NCBI RefSeq assembly: GCF_964194155.1
Contig: NW_027596540.1
Span: 62,001 to 126,000 of the forward strand
From: Cetorhinus maximus
Taxonomy: Eukaryota
Reading direction: 5' to 3'
DNA: 64,000 bases
The position numbers and the translations under genes were made by a program. The notes beneath the pieces were generated by a model. That model searched no databases. It saw nothing but the letters and a program-made list of their open reading frames with translations, and had not been told where the DNA came from. Below are positions 36,765 to 48,957 of this stretch, piece by piece. Position 1 is the stretch's first letter. Each line of letters starts with the position of its first letter.

Positions 36765-37200
36765 TGTTAGTCATGGCTCAGTGGTGCATTTTCATGTCTG
36801 AGTCAGGAGGTTTGGGTTCAAATCCACATCCAGAAAGATGAGCATAAAATTCAGGCTGACATTCCACTGAGGGAGCACTGCACTGTTAGAAACAGACTGT
36901 CATAGATGGCACTGAGACAGAATGGACGGGTGTAAGAGATCCATTGACACTATTTCAAAGAGCCGGGGTTTCTCCCAGGAGTCTTGGTCAATATTAATCC
37001 CTCAATCAACATCGCTGAAACAGATTATCTGGGTATTATTAATTTGTTGTCTATGGGATCTTGCTGTGCATAAATTAGCTGCTGTATTTCCTACATTCCA
37101 ACATTGTCTACACTTCAAAGGAATTTCATTGGCTGTAAAATGCTTTGGACATCCTGATGTCATGAAAGGCTCTGCAGAAATAAAAAATTTTCTTTAACAG
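36765..37200 (+). mobile_element. Full-length Deu/SacSINE1-like SINE
   Basis: A box TGGCTCAGTGG, B box GGTTCAAATCC, body tgggatcttgctgtgcataaatt. Confidence 0.8.
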
Positions 37201-37389
37201 AAGAGAAAAGGCCCAGAAATGGAACAGTCGAGAACAGGATTTCAATTAGTCTCCTCTTATCCTGGAGTAAACAAATACTCCACACACTGTGTGTTTGACG
37301 CCAAAGTGATTTATTTGACATTTAACCAGAATATTAAACTCCAGCCCTGTCACAGGGATTATTAACATCGGGAGGAATAAAACCCTCAA

Positions 37390-38913
37390 GAGCTGGATTT
37401 TCAAAGAGGGTTGGGAACCTGACACTGGATCAATTCCGGGTCCGCACTCTGCACCTGAACTGCATCGCTCTTGCAGCACTATTTTTAAATGTAAATAAGC
37501 TGTTTTGGCAGAAGGTGAGCTCAGCATCCAAACCGAGGCACCAAGTGCCTCCGGGGGCAGGGAGCTTCCTGTCTGATGCCAGCAGCAAAGGCAGAAGGCA
37601 GCCATTTTGGGGTTTGCTGCTGCTTTTCTGAGGTACAGTGCTCAAACTAGAACAAGTCTATCCTTCAAATTCTACAAACAAAAACCAGATGAAAATTAAC
37701 TTCCTTTCAACCGATGGTAACTCCAACAGCTGTGCACTAACATGCAGCAAGCTGTCTGACTTCATCCTGTAAGTAAGCCTGGGTACTAGATTTTAGTGTA
37801 GCCCAACCATTTTCAGGTTCATTTCATGTCATATTCATTGTAATAAGCTAACAATGTCAAAACACAATTTTCTGCTAACATTGAGATGAGAAGCCATTTT
37901 GATGATTTTAACCTTTTCCAACAAACTTTCCCAAAACAGTATTACGAAGCAGTGACTGATGGGCAACAGATGATTGGTAGTTGCTTAGAAGTCGCTTCAT
38001 GTTATCTCAATATTTCTCCATTAGCATTTCTTATGAGAGAATTAAAGGCTGTAACATTTGGGAAAGGAATGGGATAAGCCTTGGACTTGCTCCCTATCGG
38101 GAACACACACTGTCCTTGATTGTTGAGTCTGTCTTAATGAATGGGCTCCTGAAAAAACATCAAGATGAGAGACATAGCTTAAAGGAAGGCAGTGTTCCAT
38201 GTTTAAGACAATGTGGCAAATTAGCTAAAACCAATGGAGTTAACTTTTGTCACATTATTGACAAACCACAGACCAATTAGCCATTTCCAATAACTTGGCT
38301 AAGGTGGGCTTACAGCATCTTTTAAGTGTAGAAATGAAGATTTCGAGAAGCCATTTTGTTAGCATGTTATCTGTGTATCGAATGACGGAGGGTTATCCTC
38401 ACTTCATGTCTTCAGCCTGATCAACCGAGGAATGTTGTGAGAAGTCCGTTTAATTGTTAAAGTTAAACATTCTCCTCTTACTGTTAATTGAAACTTGATT
38501 TTTATCTTTCTAACTTGTGACCTTTCCACATTTTAATGGTTAATAAATCTTTTTAAAATGACGATTTAAAGTGTTCATTCCAACCGGATGTTCAGTCCAG
38601 TAGAACCTGATGATTTCATTCACAATTGGGGATTTATTGCAAACAACCTGTACCCCATAAATCAATTTAGAATCCAGAAGAAAAGACTGAAAATCCCATT
38701 CTGTTCCAGACAGGCTCCTTAACAAGTTCTTTAATGAGATTAAGGGGCCGTTAATTGGTGGTGAGTGGGTTGTCTGTTTCCTCCCCTCCACCGGCACTTT
38801 GAAAATTACAAACTGTCTCAGAGGCAGCGGATCCAGTGCCTCCGACTGGGAAAGTAATTTTCAAATCGCACAAGTCCCGGTTCCCACCCCCATCAGAAAG
38901 TGAAAATCCAACC
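37390..38913. mobile_element. Putative TIR element (Harbinger-like) inserted in a ZNF 3' UTR
   Basis: gagctggattttca..gggttgggaacc and ggttcccaccccc..tgaaaatccaaccc are inverted ends; the ZNF 3' block resumes on both sides. Confidence 0.5.
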
Positions 38914-38990
38914 CCAGTTATCAGAATGAACCTAGTTCAAACCTGGATGTGATTCACAACAGCAATAACAGCAGAATCCAACCCCTGTTG

Positions 38991-39581
38991 TCATATGTGA
39001 AACTTCTGGTGTCTCATCAAGTTAGATGAAAAAGTGAATCCCTTCCCACAGATGGGGCAGTTGAAAGGCCTCTCCCCAGTGTGAACTCGCTGGTGTCTGT
39101 GCAGGTTGTGCGACCGAGTGAATCTCTTCCCACACACACAGCAGGTGAATGGCCTCTCCCCAGTGTGAACTCGCTGGTGTTTCAGCAGATTTATTGGTCC
39201 TTTGAAACTCTTCTCACAGTCAGAGCATTTAAACAATCTCTGATCACTGTGAACAAGTTGATGTGTCAGCAGAGCAGATGACTGAGTGAAGCCTTTCCCA
39301 CACACAGAGCAGGTGAACGGCCTCTCCCCAGTCTGAACTCGCTGGTGGGTCCCCAGGTTAGATGAACTCATGAATCCCTTCCCACACACGGAACAGCTGA
39401 ACGGCCTCACGCCACTGTGAGCACGCTGGTGTGTCAGAAGATTTGATAACTGCTTGAAACCCTTCCCACAATCGGTGCAGGTGAACGGCCTCTCCCCAGT
39501 GTGAATACGTAAATGAATTTCCAGCTGGGATGGGGAAATGAATCCAGTTCCACAGCCCCCACATTTCCACGGTTTCTCCGT
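38991..39581 (-). CDS. C2H2 ZNF, 7 fingers, open frame but family start ATG replaced by ACG; functional status uncertain
   Basis: gcaccACGgag aaa ccg tgg in frame with ORF 38991-39410; finger 3 has H>Q; acceptor at 39980-39981. Confidence 0.6.
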   Translation of the reverse strand, partial: TEKPWKCGGCGTGFISPSQLEIHLRIHTGERPFTCTDCGKGFKQLSNLLTHQRAHSGVRPFSCSVCGKGFMSSSNLGTHQRVQTGERPFTCSVCGKGFTQSSALLTHQLVHSDQRLFKCSDCEKSFKGPINLLKHQRVHTGERPFTCCVCGKRFTRSHNLHRHQRVHTGERPFNCPICGKGFTFSSNLMRHQKFHI

Positions 39582-40329
39582 GGTGCCGGTGCCCTTGTGT
39601 CTCTCCAGATTGGATGATCAGTTGAATGCTTGTCCACACACACACAGACACACACACACACACAGAAAACATGTGTACGTGGAATTCACAACATCCCACT
39701 GTAAATGCTGTAATTTTTTTTTCAGGTTGTGTAACTAGCTAAAGCTCTTTGCACAGTCAGTGCACTGGAACACTCTCACCGGTGTGAATGTGTCTCAGTG
39801 CTTTTCCAGTCATATAGATGAGTGATTTTTTTTTTCTACAGTCAGAACAGGCAAACATTTCTCCTTCCACATTCAAAGGCTGGTGATATTCTGCTCCTGA
39901 TGAATCAAGTGACTCTGTTAGATCTTGATGTGATGTTTTGTTTGAGTTACCAGTCTATAAATTCTCCCTTCTGATGCCCCTGTAAGCAGAAATTTCAAAA
40001 GTCCTCATTGTAAGCACGGCATAGAAATTAAGAACAGTTAATTTTAGTTCCTATGGAACATTTTTTCCTCTCTTGTTCCCCCAAAGCTGCAAATCCCCGT
40101 CCCACACACTCTCCCTCTTCCCTGGGCTGAAATCTAAATAAAGTGTTGGATAATTCTCTGTATCCTTTGATTAAATTCTACAACTGGAGATCATGTTTTA
40201 CAAGGGGCCATTTGTTAACAGTTTCCCAAACACAGATCAGATCCTCATTGATTTGAGCCCAAAGTGTAACCTCTTATTTATTGTCCCCCCTCCCCCATCC
40301 TCTGATGTGAACCATCCTCCACTCGCTGA

Positions 40330-40830
40330 CCCAGGATGGCGGCCGTTAACCTGGGCCTGTTCCCGGGAGGGAGAAGCCCCGCAGCTGCAAACCAGGAGCT
40401 GACAATTATTCCTCAGGGTTTGCGGATCCACAAAGTGTTTCCAAATCCTCCCCGTCCAGCCGCCGGCTCCATCGCTCCCTCCCCCCGGGCCTGTCACCGC
40501 GGGGTAAACACGGGGCCTGGGGCCTACCCCAGGAGTTGATCCAGTTCCCAGTCCAGCCGCGGTTTCCATTCCTACCCTGTGCTCACAATCTCCTCCCGCC
40601 TCCCGAACCGTCCGCTCCTCCTCACTCTGTCACCATGACTGACACTGAGCATGCTCAGAGCACACACCCACAGTGCACCTGCGCACTGGACTCCTGTAGT
40701 CATTGATAGGGGACTTTCTGCAACGCGGTTTGTTCTGGGTAAATAATCCGCCATTGATAGCTTGACTTGGGAACACAAAATTCAATGCATCGGCTTCCCA
40801 ATCGAGATCGGGACCCGGGGCGCTGTTGGC
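40330..40830 (-). promoter_or_regulatory. CpG promoter/exon 1 of the 39-kb ZNF
   Basis: CpG-rich; actgagcatgctcag, cctgcgca, ctcctgtagtc; candidate donor gg|gtagg at 40574-40575. Confidence 0.55.
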
Positions 40831-42164
40831 ACAGTGGATGGTAAATGCTGAGCTGCTCAAGTCACAGAACAAAACCTGAAACAGCTGCCAGTACTGTTTT
40901 GCAATTTGTATTTTATCTTGAGATGCGTGAATGATATTCAAAGTGAGTTTTCTTAGCTTCAGTTCCTGCAGACAGCAACTTAATGCATAGAGGCTGGAGG
41001 CTTTTCATACTTGTGTTAGATCTCAGAATGCCTTCCCTCTCCTTCATACATGTTTCTCTCTTAATGTAAATTCCAATGTCCCAATATGTCTGCAAATTTA
41101 CTTTTCTTATATCATAAATCTTTCATAGTACTTATATTAACAGTAACCTTTGGGAAAAATAAACACTGTTTTACTTAGCTTCCTATGGCTAGATGTAACA
41201 TCTTATCGTCTCTTTGAAGTTCAAACTAATCTAATATATCTAAAAATGCAATTGGTCCTTGCACCTCGCATTCTAAAACTTCAGCCAGGTTTATGTATTT
41301 AGCATTTCAAACCTAGCTTCCCTTTTGATCATTCAAAAGCTCCAGACCAGCTGTCTCCAATTCCATTAAATCCCCTCCCCCAAACAAATCCACACAGAGA
41401 AACTAGTCCAAACCCCAAAATTAACCTACCTTTACAATGTATCACATCAATATGATGAAATGCATTATATTTTCATGACAGCGCAATACACACAATAGGT
41501 ACTTAAAGTATGTACATACCAGAATGTCTGGGCCTTCCTCCATGATGCAATCTGTGCAATTCACCCCCACCTCCACCTCCAATTGCAGATTGGAAAAAGG
41601 TCGATGTTGAAATTTACAAAGATCAAGACTGGTACAAACTGGTGGAAACAACCTGCTGAGTTTTTCCATCACTTTCCGTTTTTATTTCAGATTTCCAGTT
41701 CCCATAGTATTTTGCTTTTAATTCAGTGCTGGTATCTCTGTAAGGAAAGATATGCTGAAAAGCAGACATGAGATAGACGAAATGGAATGTATCTTGTGCG
41801 AAACATAAACACCAGCACAGGTCAGTTGAACAGAATTCACTGTTTCTGGACTTGATATTTTCTGTAATTCAGTGTCATCTCCAACCAGCTCCTGATCAGC
41901 ATGTTCCACGTCCATCACTTGTACTGCACATGCTCAGAGTGCAACCGAGTGCTGAGTAATCACACCACGCTCCTGTAGTCATTGATGGGGCACATTCTGG
42001 CACATGGAAAATTATCGATTGTAACAGTGTCGCTCAAAGCTTAATTGGTGAATGAAAATGTTCATCACCACATTGAGATTGGGCCTGTTTCTGTATCAAG
42101 TAGCACTTGCTAAGAAATAACCTGCTCACTAATGCTAAGCGTGGGTTCCGCCAGGGTCACTCAG

Positions 42165-43378
42165 CCCCTGACCTCATTACAGCCGTGGTTCAAACATGGA
42201 CAAAAGAGCTGCACTCCTGAGGTGCGTTGAGAGTGACTGCCCTTGACATCCAGGCAGCATTTGACCAAGTGTGGCATCAAGGAGCCCTGGCAACACTGGA
42301 GTCAATGGGAATAAGGGGGGAAACTCTACACTGGTTGCATTCATACCTAGCACAAAGGAAGATGGTTGTGGCTGTTGGGGGTCAATCATCTCATTTCTAC
42401 GACATCATGGCAGGAATTCCTCAGGGTAGTGTCCTAGACCCAACCATCTTCAGGCTGTTTCATCAATGTCCTTCCTCCCATCATATGGTCAGAAATGGGG
42501 ATGTTCACTGGTGATTGCACAATGTTCAGCACCATTCGCGACTCCTCAGCTACTGAAGCAGTGCATGTCTAAATGCAGCAAGATCTGGACAATATCCAGG
42601 CTTGTACTGACAGGTGGCAAGTAACGTTCGCAAGACACAAGTGCCAGGCAATGACCATCTCCAACAAGTAAGAATCTACCCATCACCCCTTGACATTCAG
42701 TGGCATTACCTTCACTGAGTCCCCCACTATCAATATCCTGGGTGTTACCATTGAGCAGAAACAGAACTGGACCAGCCATGTAAATACTATGGCTCCAAGA
42801 GCAGGTCAGAGGCTGGAGATCCTGCCGCAAGTAACTCACCTCCTGACTCTCCAAAACCTGTCCACCATCTGCAAAGCACAAGACAGGAGTGTGATGGAAT
42901 ATTCTCCACTTGCCTGGATGAGTGCAGCTCCAACAACACTCAAGAAGCTTGACACCATCCAGGGCATCCGCTTGATTGGCACCCATCCACAAACATTCAC
43001 TCCCTCCACCACCGACAAACAGTAGCAGCTGTGTGTACCATCTACAAGATGCACTGCAGGAACTCACCAAGGCTCCTTTGACAGCACCTTCCAAACCCAC
43101 GACCGCAGCCATCTCGAAGGACAAGGGCAGCAGATAGATGGGAACACCACCCCCTGGAAGTTCCCCTCCAAACCACTCACCATCCTGACTTGGAAATATA
43201 TCGCCATTCCTTCAGTTGCTGGATCAAAATCCTGGAGCTCCCTTCTTAACAGCACTGTGGGTGTACCTGCAGTGGTTCAAGAAGGCAGCTCACCACCACC
43301 TTCTCAAGGGCAACTAGCTATGGGGAATAAATGCTGGCCCAGCCAGTGAAGCCCACATCCCGTGAATGAACTTTAAAA
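42165..43378 (+). mobile_element. CR1-superfamily LINE (second family), RT plus 3' tail
   Basis: ALDIQAAFDQVWH, GIPQGSVL.P, ILGVTI, MEYSPLAW; tail aataaatgctggcccagccag. Confidence 0.9.
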
Positions 43379-43429
43379 AATATTATATATATATAGTTAA
43401 TATATGATATATTACTATATCATAGATTA

Positions 43430-44510
43430 GGCAGAGGTCATGGTCCATATCGGTACCAACAACATAAGTAAAAAGAGGGATGAGGGCCTGAAAGCAGAAT
43501 ATAGGGAGCTAGGAAATAAATTAAAAAACAGGACCTCAAAGGTAGTAATCACAGGATTACTCCCAGTACCATGTGCTAGTGAGATCAGGAGTTGGAGAAT
43601 AAACCAGATGAATACATGGCTGGAGAGATGGTGTAGGAGGGAGGGATTTAGATTCCTGAGGCATGGGGACTGACTCTGGGGATGATGGGACATGTAAAAG
43701 CTGGATGGGTTGCAGGACCAGTATCCTCGCAGTGGTATTTGCTAGTAATGTGGGGGAGGGTTTAAACTAGACTGGCAAGGGAAAGGGAAACTGAGTGAGG
43801 AGACACAAGAGAGGGAAACAAAGATAGGAATGAAAGATAGAAAAGTAGAAAGCAAAAGTGGAAGGCAGAGGAAACAAGGGCTAGCAGCAAATAGGACCAT
43901 AGTACAAAAAGAGATGTATAAAAAATGTTAAAAAGACAAGTCGAAAGGCACTGTATATGGATGCATGGAGCATTTGCAATAAGGTAGATGAATTAACAGT
44001 GCAAATAGATGTGAACGGGTACAATATGATTGTGATTATGGAGACATGGCTGCAGGGTGACCAAGGCTGGGAACTGAATATCCAAGGGTACTCGATATTT
44101 AGGACAGACAGGCAAAAAGGAAAAGGAGGTGGTGTGACATTGTTAGTTAAGGATGAAATTGGTGCAGTAGTGAGAGAGGATATTGGCTTAGAAAATCTAG
44201 ACCTAGAATCTGTCTGGGTGGAGCTAAGAAGAAACAAAGGGCAGGAAACATTCGTGGGGGTTGTCTATCAGCCTCCAAACAGTAGCGATAAGGTAGGTGA
44301 CAGTGTTAAACAGGAAATTAGAGATGTATGTAACAAGGGTGCTACGGTAATCATGGGTGACTTTAAGCTGCATATAGACTGGGCAAGCCAAATTAGCAAA
44401 AATACTCTGGCAGATGAATTCCTGGAATGTACAAGATAGTATTTAGGCCAGAATGTCGAGGAACTGATTAGGGAACAGGCTATCCTAGATTTGGTATTGT
44501 GCAATGAAGG
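43430..44510 (+). mobile_element. CR1 5' fragment: ORF1 SGNH esterase C-terminus plus ORF2 AP endonuclease
   Basis: VHIGTNN...VVITGLLP; ETWL..IQGY..FR.DR..GKGGGV, GVVYQPP, IMGDF. Confidence 0.9.
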
Positions 44511-45114
44511 GGAGTCATACGGAATTGAAATGTTAACTCTGTTTCTCTCTCCACAGGTGGTGTCAGACCTGCTGAGTTTTCCCAGTATTTTCTGTTCTTA
44601 TTTCAGATATCCAGCATCCGCAATATTTTGCTTTTACGCTAGCATCACGATGAAACCTTTTCAGCAACAACTGGTGAGAATTTGGAATTCACTATCTGAT
44701 GGATACAGGTTCAAGAGTAAACTTCAAAAAGGAACTGGATAAATATTTGAAGGAGAAATGATGCAGGGATGAGTAAAGAATGGGGGAGTGGGACTAACTG
44801 GATAGCTCGTCGAATTTGTCAGCACAGATTTGATAGGCCAACCGGCCTCCTTCTCTGCTGTACTATTAGGAGATTCTATCATCTATAATAATATAATGAT
44901 TCATAATAAACATATGATAGAATCATAGAGCATGGATGGTGGCCATTCAGCCCACTGTGCCTGAAAACGTTACCAATCTGTCCCACTCCCCTGCTCTTTT
45001 CCGATTGCCTTCCAAATCTTTCCGTATTAATTTAAAATCCAAATCACTTTTGAAAGTTACGACTGAATTTGCTTCTAACAACCATTCAAACAATGACTTC
45101 AGTCTTCCCAATAT

Positions 45115-46095
45115 TTAATTGGAGGAAATTTTCTGCACATCCGCCAAACAGTCTGATAATTTACCAAGAGTGGAGAAGCCGAGAGAGGTGGTGGTGAAGC
45201 AGAGCTGGGAGCTGTCAGTGTAAATGTGATAAGTGACAGTGTTTTCAGATGATGTCACTGTTTGGAACAGGTTAATGAAAAATAAGAGGAGACCAAGTCT
45301 GGATCCTTTGGGGACACCAGAGGTGACTCTGTGAGTGGAAAGGGAAGACATTGCAAGTGATTCTCTGGCGATGATTAGATAGAGAAGAATGGAACTAGGA
45401 GAGAGCAGCCCCACCCAGCTGGACGACAGGGGAGAGGCGAAGGTGCAGAATGATGTGGTCAACCTTGTCAAAGGCTGCAGACAGGTCGAGGACGAGAAGG
45501 GAGAGTTTATCTTAGTCACAGTCACATAGGATGTCATTTGTGACTTGGATAAGAGCTGTTTCAGTACTGTGACAGGGGCAAAAACATGATTGGAGGGATT
45601 CAGACATGGAGTTCTGGGAAAGATGGGCAGGGATTTGGGAGGTAACAACAAGGACTTTGGAGAGGAAAGAGAGACTGGAGATGGGGCAGTAGTTTGGAAA
45701 GACAGTGGGGACAAAGATTTGTTTTTTGAGAAGGGTATAATGATGGCAGATTTGAAGGAGAGAGGGACAGTACCTGAGAGAGAAAACTGTTATCATAGTC
45801 AGTGAACATGGGGAAGTTGAGTGATCAGTAGTTTAGTTGCAACAGGGTTGATGAAGGAGGTGGGTTTCATGGACAAGATGAGCTCTGAGAGGGCCTGAGG
45901 GGAGATGGGAGAGAAACTACAGAAAGATGAGAGTTCAAGGCTCGGGTAATGGGGAACTTTAGGGAGGGCGAGTGGAAGGGAGGGAAGCAGCAGAGGCAGC
46001 TGATCGGATTATCTCAATCTTAGTGACAAAGGAGCTCCATGAGATCCTCACACCGGTTGCTGGGGGTGAGGATGGAGGCTAGGGGAGAGGGAGAG
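45115..46095 (-). mobile_element. L2-type LINE RT fragment
   Basis: NYCPISSLSFLSKVL, HSTETAL..VTND, SGVPKGS.LG. Confidence 0.85.
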
Positions 46096-46299
46096 CACTT
46101 CAAAATGAAGTAACTTGTGTTAGAGATATTAAAAAGATTCAACACATTGTGTCTTTAGCACAAAACTAATTTATGTGACATTTATCCAGAATATTAGCCC
46201 CTCTAAGTGGTCTGTAGTTTATTAACATCAGCAGAAACAGATCCCAGGGAACATGGTTCAGTCCTGGATGTGATTAATAGCAAATTCCCAGCACTTTAG

Positions 46300-47517
46300 T
46301 TACTTGTGAACTTGCTGGTGTCTCAGCAGGTTGGATGAGGTAGTGAATCCCTTCCCACACTGGAGGCAAGTGAATGGTCTCTCCCCAGTGTGAACTCGCT
46401 GGTGTGCCAGCAGGTTGGATGAGGTAGTGAATCCCTTCCCACAATGGGGGCAGGTGAATGGCTTCTCCCCAGTGTGAACTCGTTGGTGTGTCAGCAGGTG
46501 GGGTGAATGACTAAATGCCTTCCCACACTGGGGGCAGGTGAATGGCTTCTCCCCAGTGTGAATTCGTTGGTGTGCCAGCAGGTTGGATGAGGTAGTGAAT
46601 CTCTTCCCACACTGAGGGCAGATGAATGGCCTCTCCCCAGTGTGAATTTGCTGGTGTCTCAGCAGGGTGGATAACTGAGTGAATCCCTTCCCACACTGGG
46701 GGCAGGTGAATGGCTTCTCCCCAGTGTGAACTCGCTGGTGTCTCAGCAGGTGGGATGAGGTAGTGAATCTCTTCCCACACTGAGGGCAGATGAATGGCCT
46801 CTCCCCAGTGTGAATTTGCTGGTGTCTCAGGAGGCTAGATAACTGAGTGAATCCCTTCCCACACTGGGGGCAGGTGAATGGCCTCTCCCCAGTGTGAACT
46901 TGCTGGTGTGTTAGCAGGCTGTGTGACTCAGTGAATCCCTTCCCACACTCAGAGCAGGTGAACAGTCTTTCCCCCGTGTGAACTTGCTGGTGTCTCAGCA
47001 GGTGGGATGACTGAGTGAATCCATTCCCACACTGGAGACAGATGAATGGCCTCTCCCCAGTGTGAATTCGCTGGTGTACAGTGAGTTGGGATGATCCCCT
47101 GAACCCAGTCCCGCATTTAGAGCACTTAAATGGTCTCTTGTCAGTGTGAACACATTGATGGGACATCAGCTCTCAGGAACTTTTATAGCACTTCCTGCAG
47201 TCTGGGCATTTAAAAGGTCTCTCTTCACTGTGAACTCGCTGGTGGCTCAGCAGGTGGGCTGAAAGAGTAAATCCCTTCCCACAATTTGAGCAGGTGAACG
47301 ACCTCTCCCCAGTGTGACTGCGCCGATGCCCTTCCAGCTCAGATGGGAATCTGAATCTCTTCCCACAGTCCCCACATTTCCATGGTTTCTCCCGGATGTG
47401 GCTGTGCTTGTGTCTTGACAGGCCAGATGATCGGTTGAAACCTCGTCCACACACAGGACACGTGTACGATTTCTCTCCACTGTGAATGGTGCTTTTTCCT
47501 TCCACGTTCAAAATCAA
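46300..47517 (-). pseudogene. C2H2 ZNF, 14 fingers in one frame, internal TGA at 47173-47175 and no upstream ATG; ATG 47166 could give a 10-finger product
   Basis: [20 protein letters not shown]; ORFs 47173-47517 and 46300-47166 are in frame; acceptor 47613-47614. Confidence 0.75.
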
Positions 47518-47994
47518 ATGATATTCAGGTTACGATAAATCGGGCGACTGTCAGATTCTGCTGTGATGTTTTGTTTCTGTTTCCTGACTGCAAATCCCCT
47601 CCTTCTAATCCCCTGTGAAACTGATTTAAAACAGAAAAAAGGGAGTGAGAGAGAACCCACAAAATCACAAAGGCAGGTTGAGCTGAATGAATCTGGTAAT
47701 TTGTGGGGCTGGCACGAGGCAAAAGTGACCATAATGCTGGATTGTCATAAAAACCCAACTGGTTCACTAATGTCCTTCAGGGAATGGAACCTGTCACCTG
47801 GTCTGGGTCTACACAAGACTCTGCCTCCATGGGAGGAAAGAGAGAGGTGGGAGATGCAGGGGGTGAAGATGTGTTTAATACATCTTCAGCTCAACCAGAA
47901 CTTTGGCAGAATATCCCAAGCCCTCAACGTCCCACGACCTAGAAGGACGAAGGTAACAGGTGTCAATGAACACCATCACCTCCAGCTCACACAC

Positions 47995-48440
47995 TGTCCT
48001 GACTTGTCTGACATGCAGTACTGGATGAGCAGAAATTTCCTCCATTTAAATGTTGGGAAGATGAAAGCCATTGTTTTCAGTCCCTGCTACAAACTCCACT
48101 CCCTAACCACTGACTCCATCCCTCTTGCAGCTCTCTGAGGCTGAACTAGACTGTTCACAATCTTGTTGTCATATTTTAGCCCAAGCTGAGCTTCTGACTA
48201 CAAATCACTAAAACCAGCCATTTCCACCTCAGTAAAATCGCCCAACTGTGTTCCTGCCTCAGTTCATCTGCTGCTGAAACTCATCCATTCCTTTGTTCCC
48301 TCTAAACTGAACGATTTGACTGTGCTTCTTGTCGGCCTCCCAGATTCAACTCCATAGAAACTGGAGGTCACCCAAAACTCAGCAGCTCATGTCCTTACTT
48401 GTACCAAGTCTTGTTCACCATCATCCCCTGTGTTCCCTGA
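47995..48440 (+). mobile_element. L2 LINE fragment
   Basis: LSDMQYWMSRNFLHLNVGK.KAIVF. Confidence 0.75.
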
Positions 48441-48469
48441 CGGTCGTGGTCGTCTCCAGCCCTTCAGCC

Positions 48470-48720
48470 TTCCAGGATTATCTGAGATCATCTAATTCTG
48501 ACCCACCCCTGGCTCCAATTCCTCCCGTGCATCCACAATCTCCTCCAGCCTCCTCAGCTGCCTGTTCCACCCCAGTCCGTCTCCACCAGCCGCACTGAGC
48601 ATGCTCTGAGCACAGCCCGGCCCCCACGCAGTCGCTCTGGGTTCCTGTTCTCATCGATAGGGGGCTTTCTGACCCATGAGGCATTCTGAGTAATCCTGCC
48701 ACCATTGAGGCCAATCAGCG
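48470..48720 (-). promoter_or_regulatory. CpG promoter/exon 1 candidate for the 47-kb ZNF
   Basis: Paralogous to 40580-40760 (cacaatctcctcc...actgagcatgctc.gagcac...gatagggg.ctttctg); CCAATCAG. Confidence 0.55.
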
Positions 48721-48957
48721 AACAGACAATTTTTTTCAACACCAGCTCTGAAGAAGGGTCATATGGACTCGAAACGTTAACTCTGTTTGTCTCTCCACAG
48801 ATGCTGTTAGACCTGTTGAGCTTTTCCAGCAATTTCTGTTTTTGTTTCAGATTTCCAGCATGCGCAGTTTTTTGCTTTTGCCTTAGGCAATTTTTTTTCC
48901 CCCAGTTGGTAAAACAGAAGATCCATGAATGAGGGGGATATTGGACAGGAAGCACAA

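Noticed and set aside
36765-36840. tRNA genes (also 6760-6832, 31370-31420, 53260-53310)
   Set aside because: A/B boxes are SINE heads or isolated words; no complete cloverleaf
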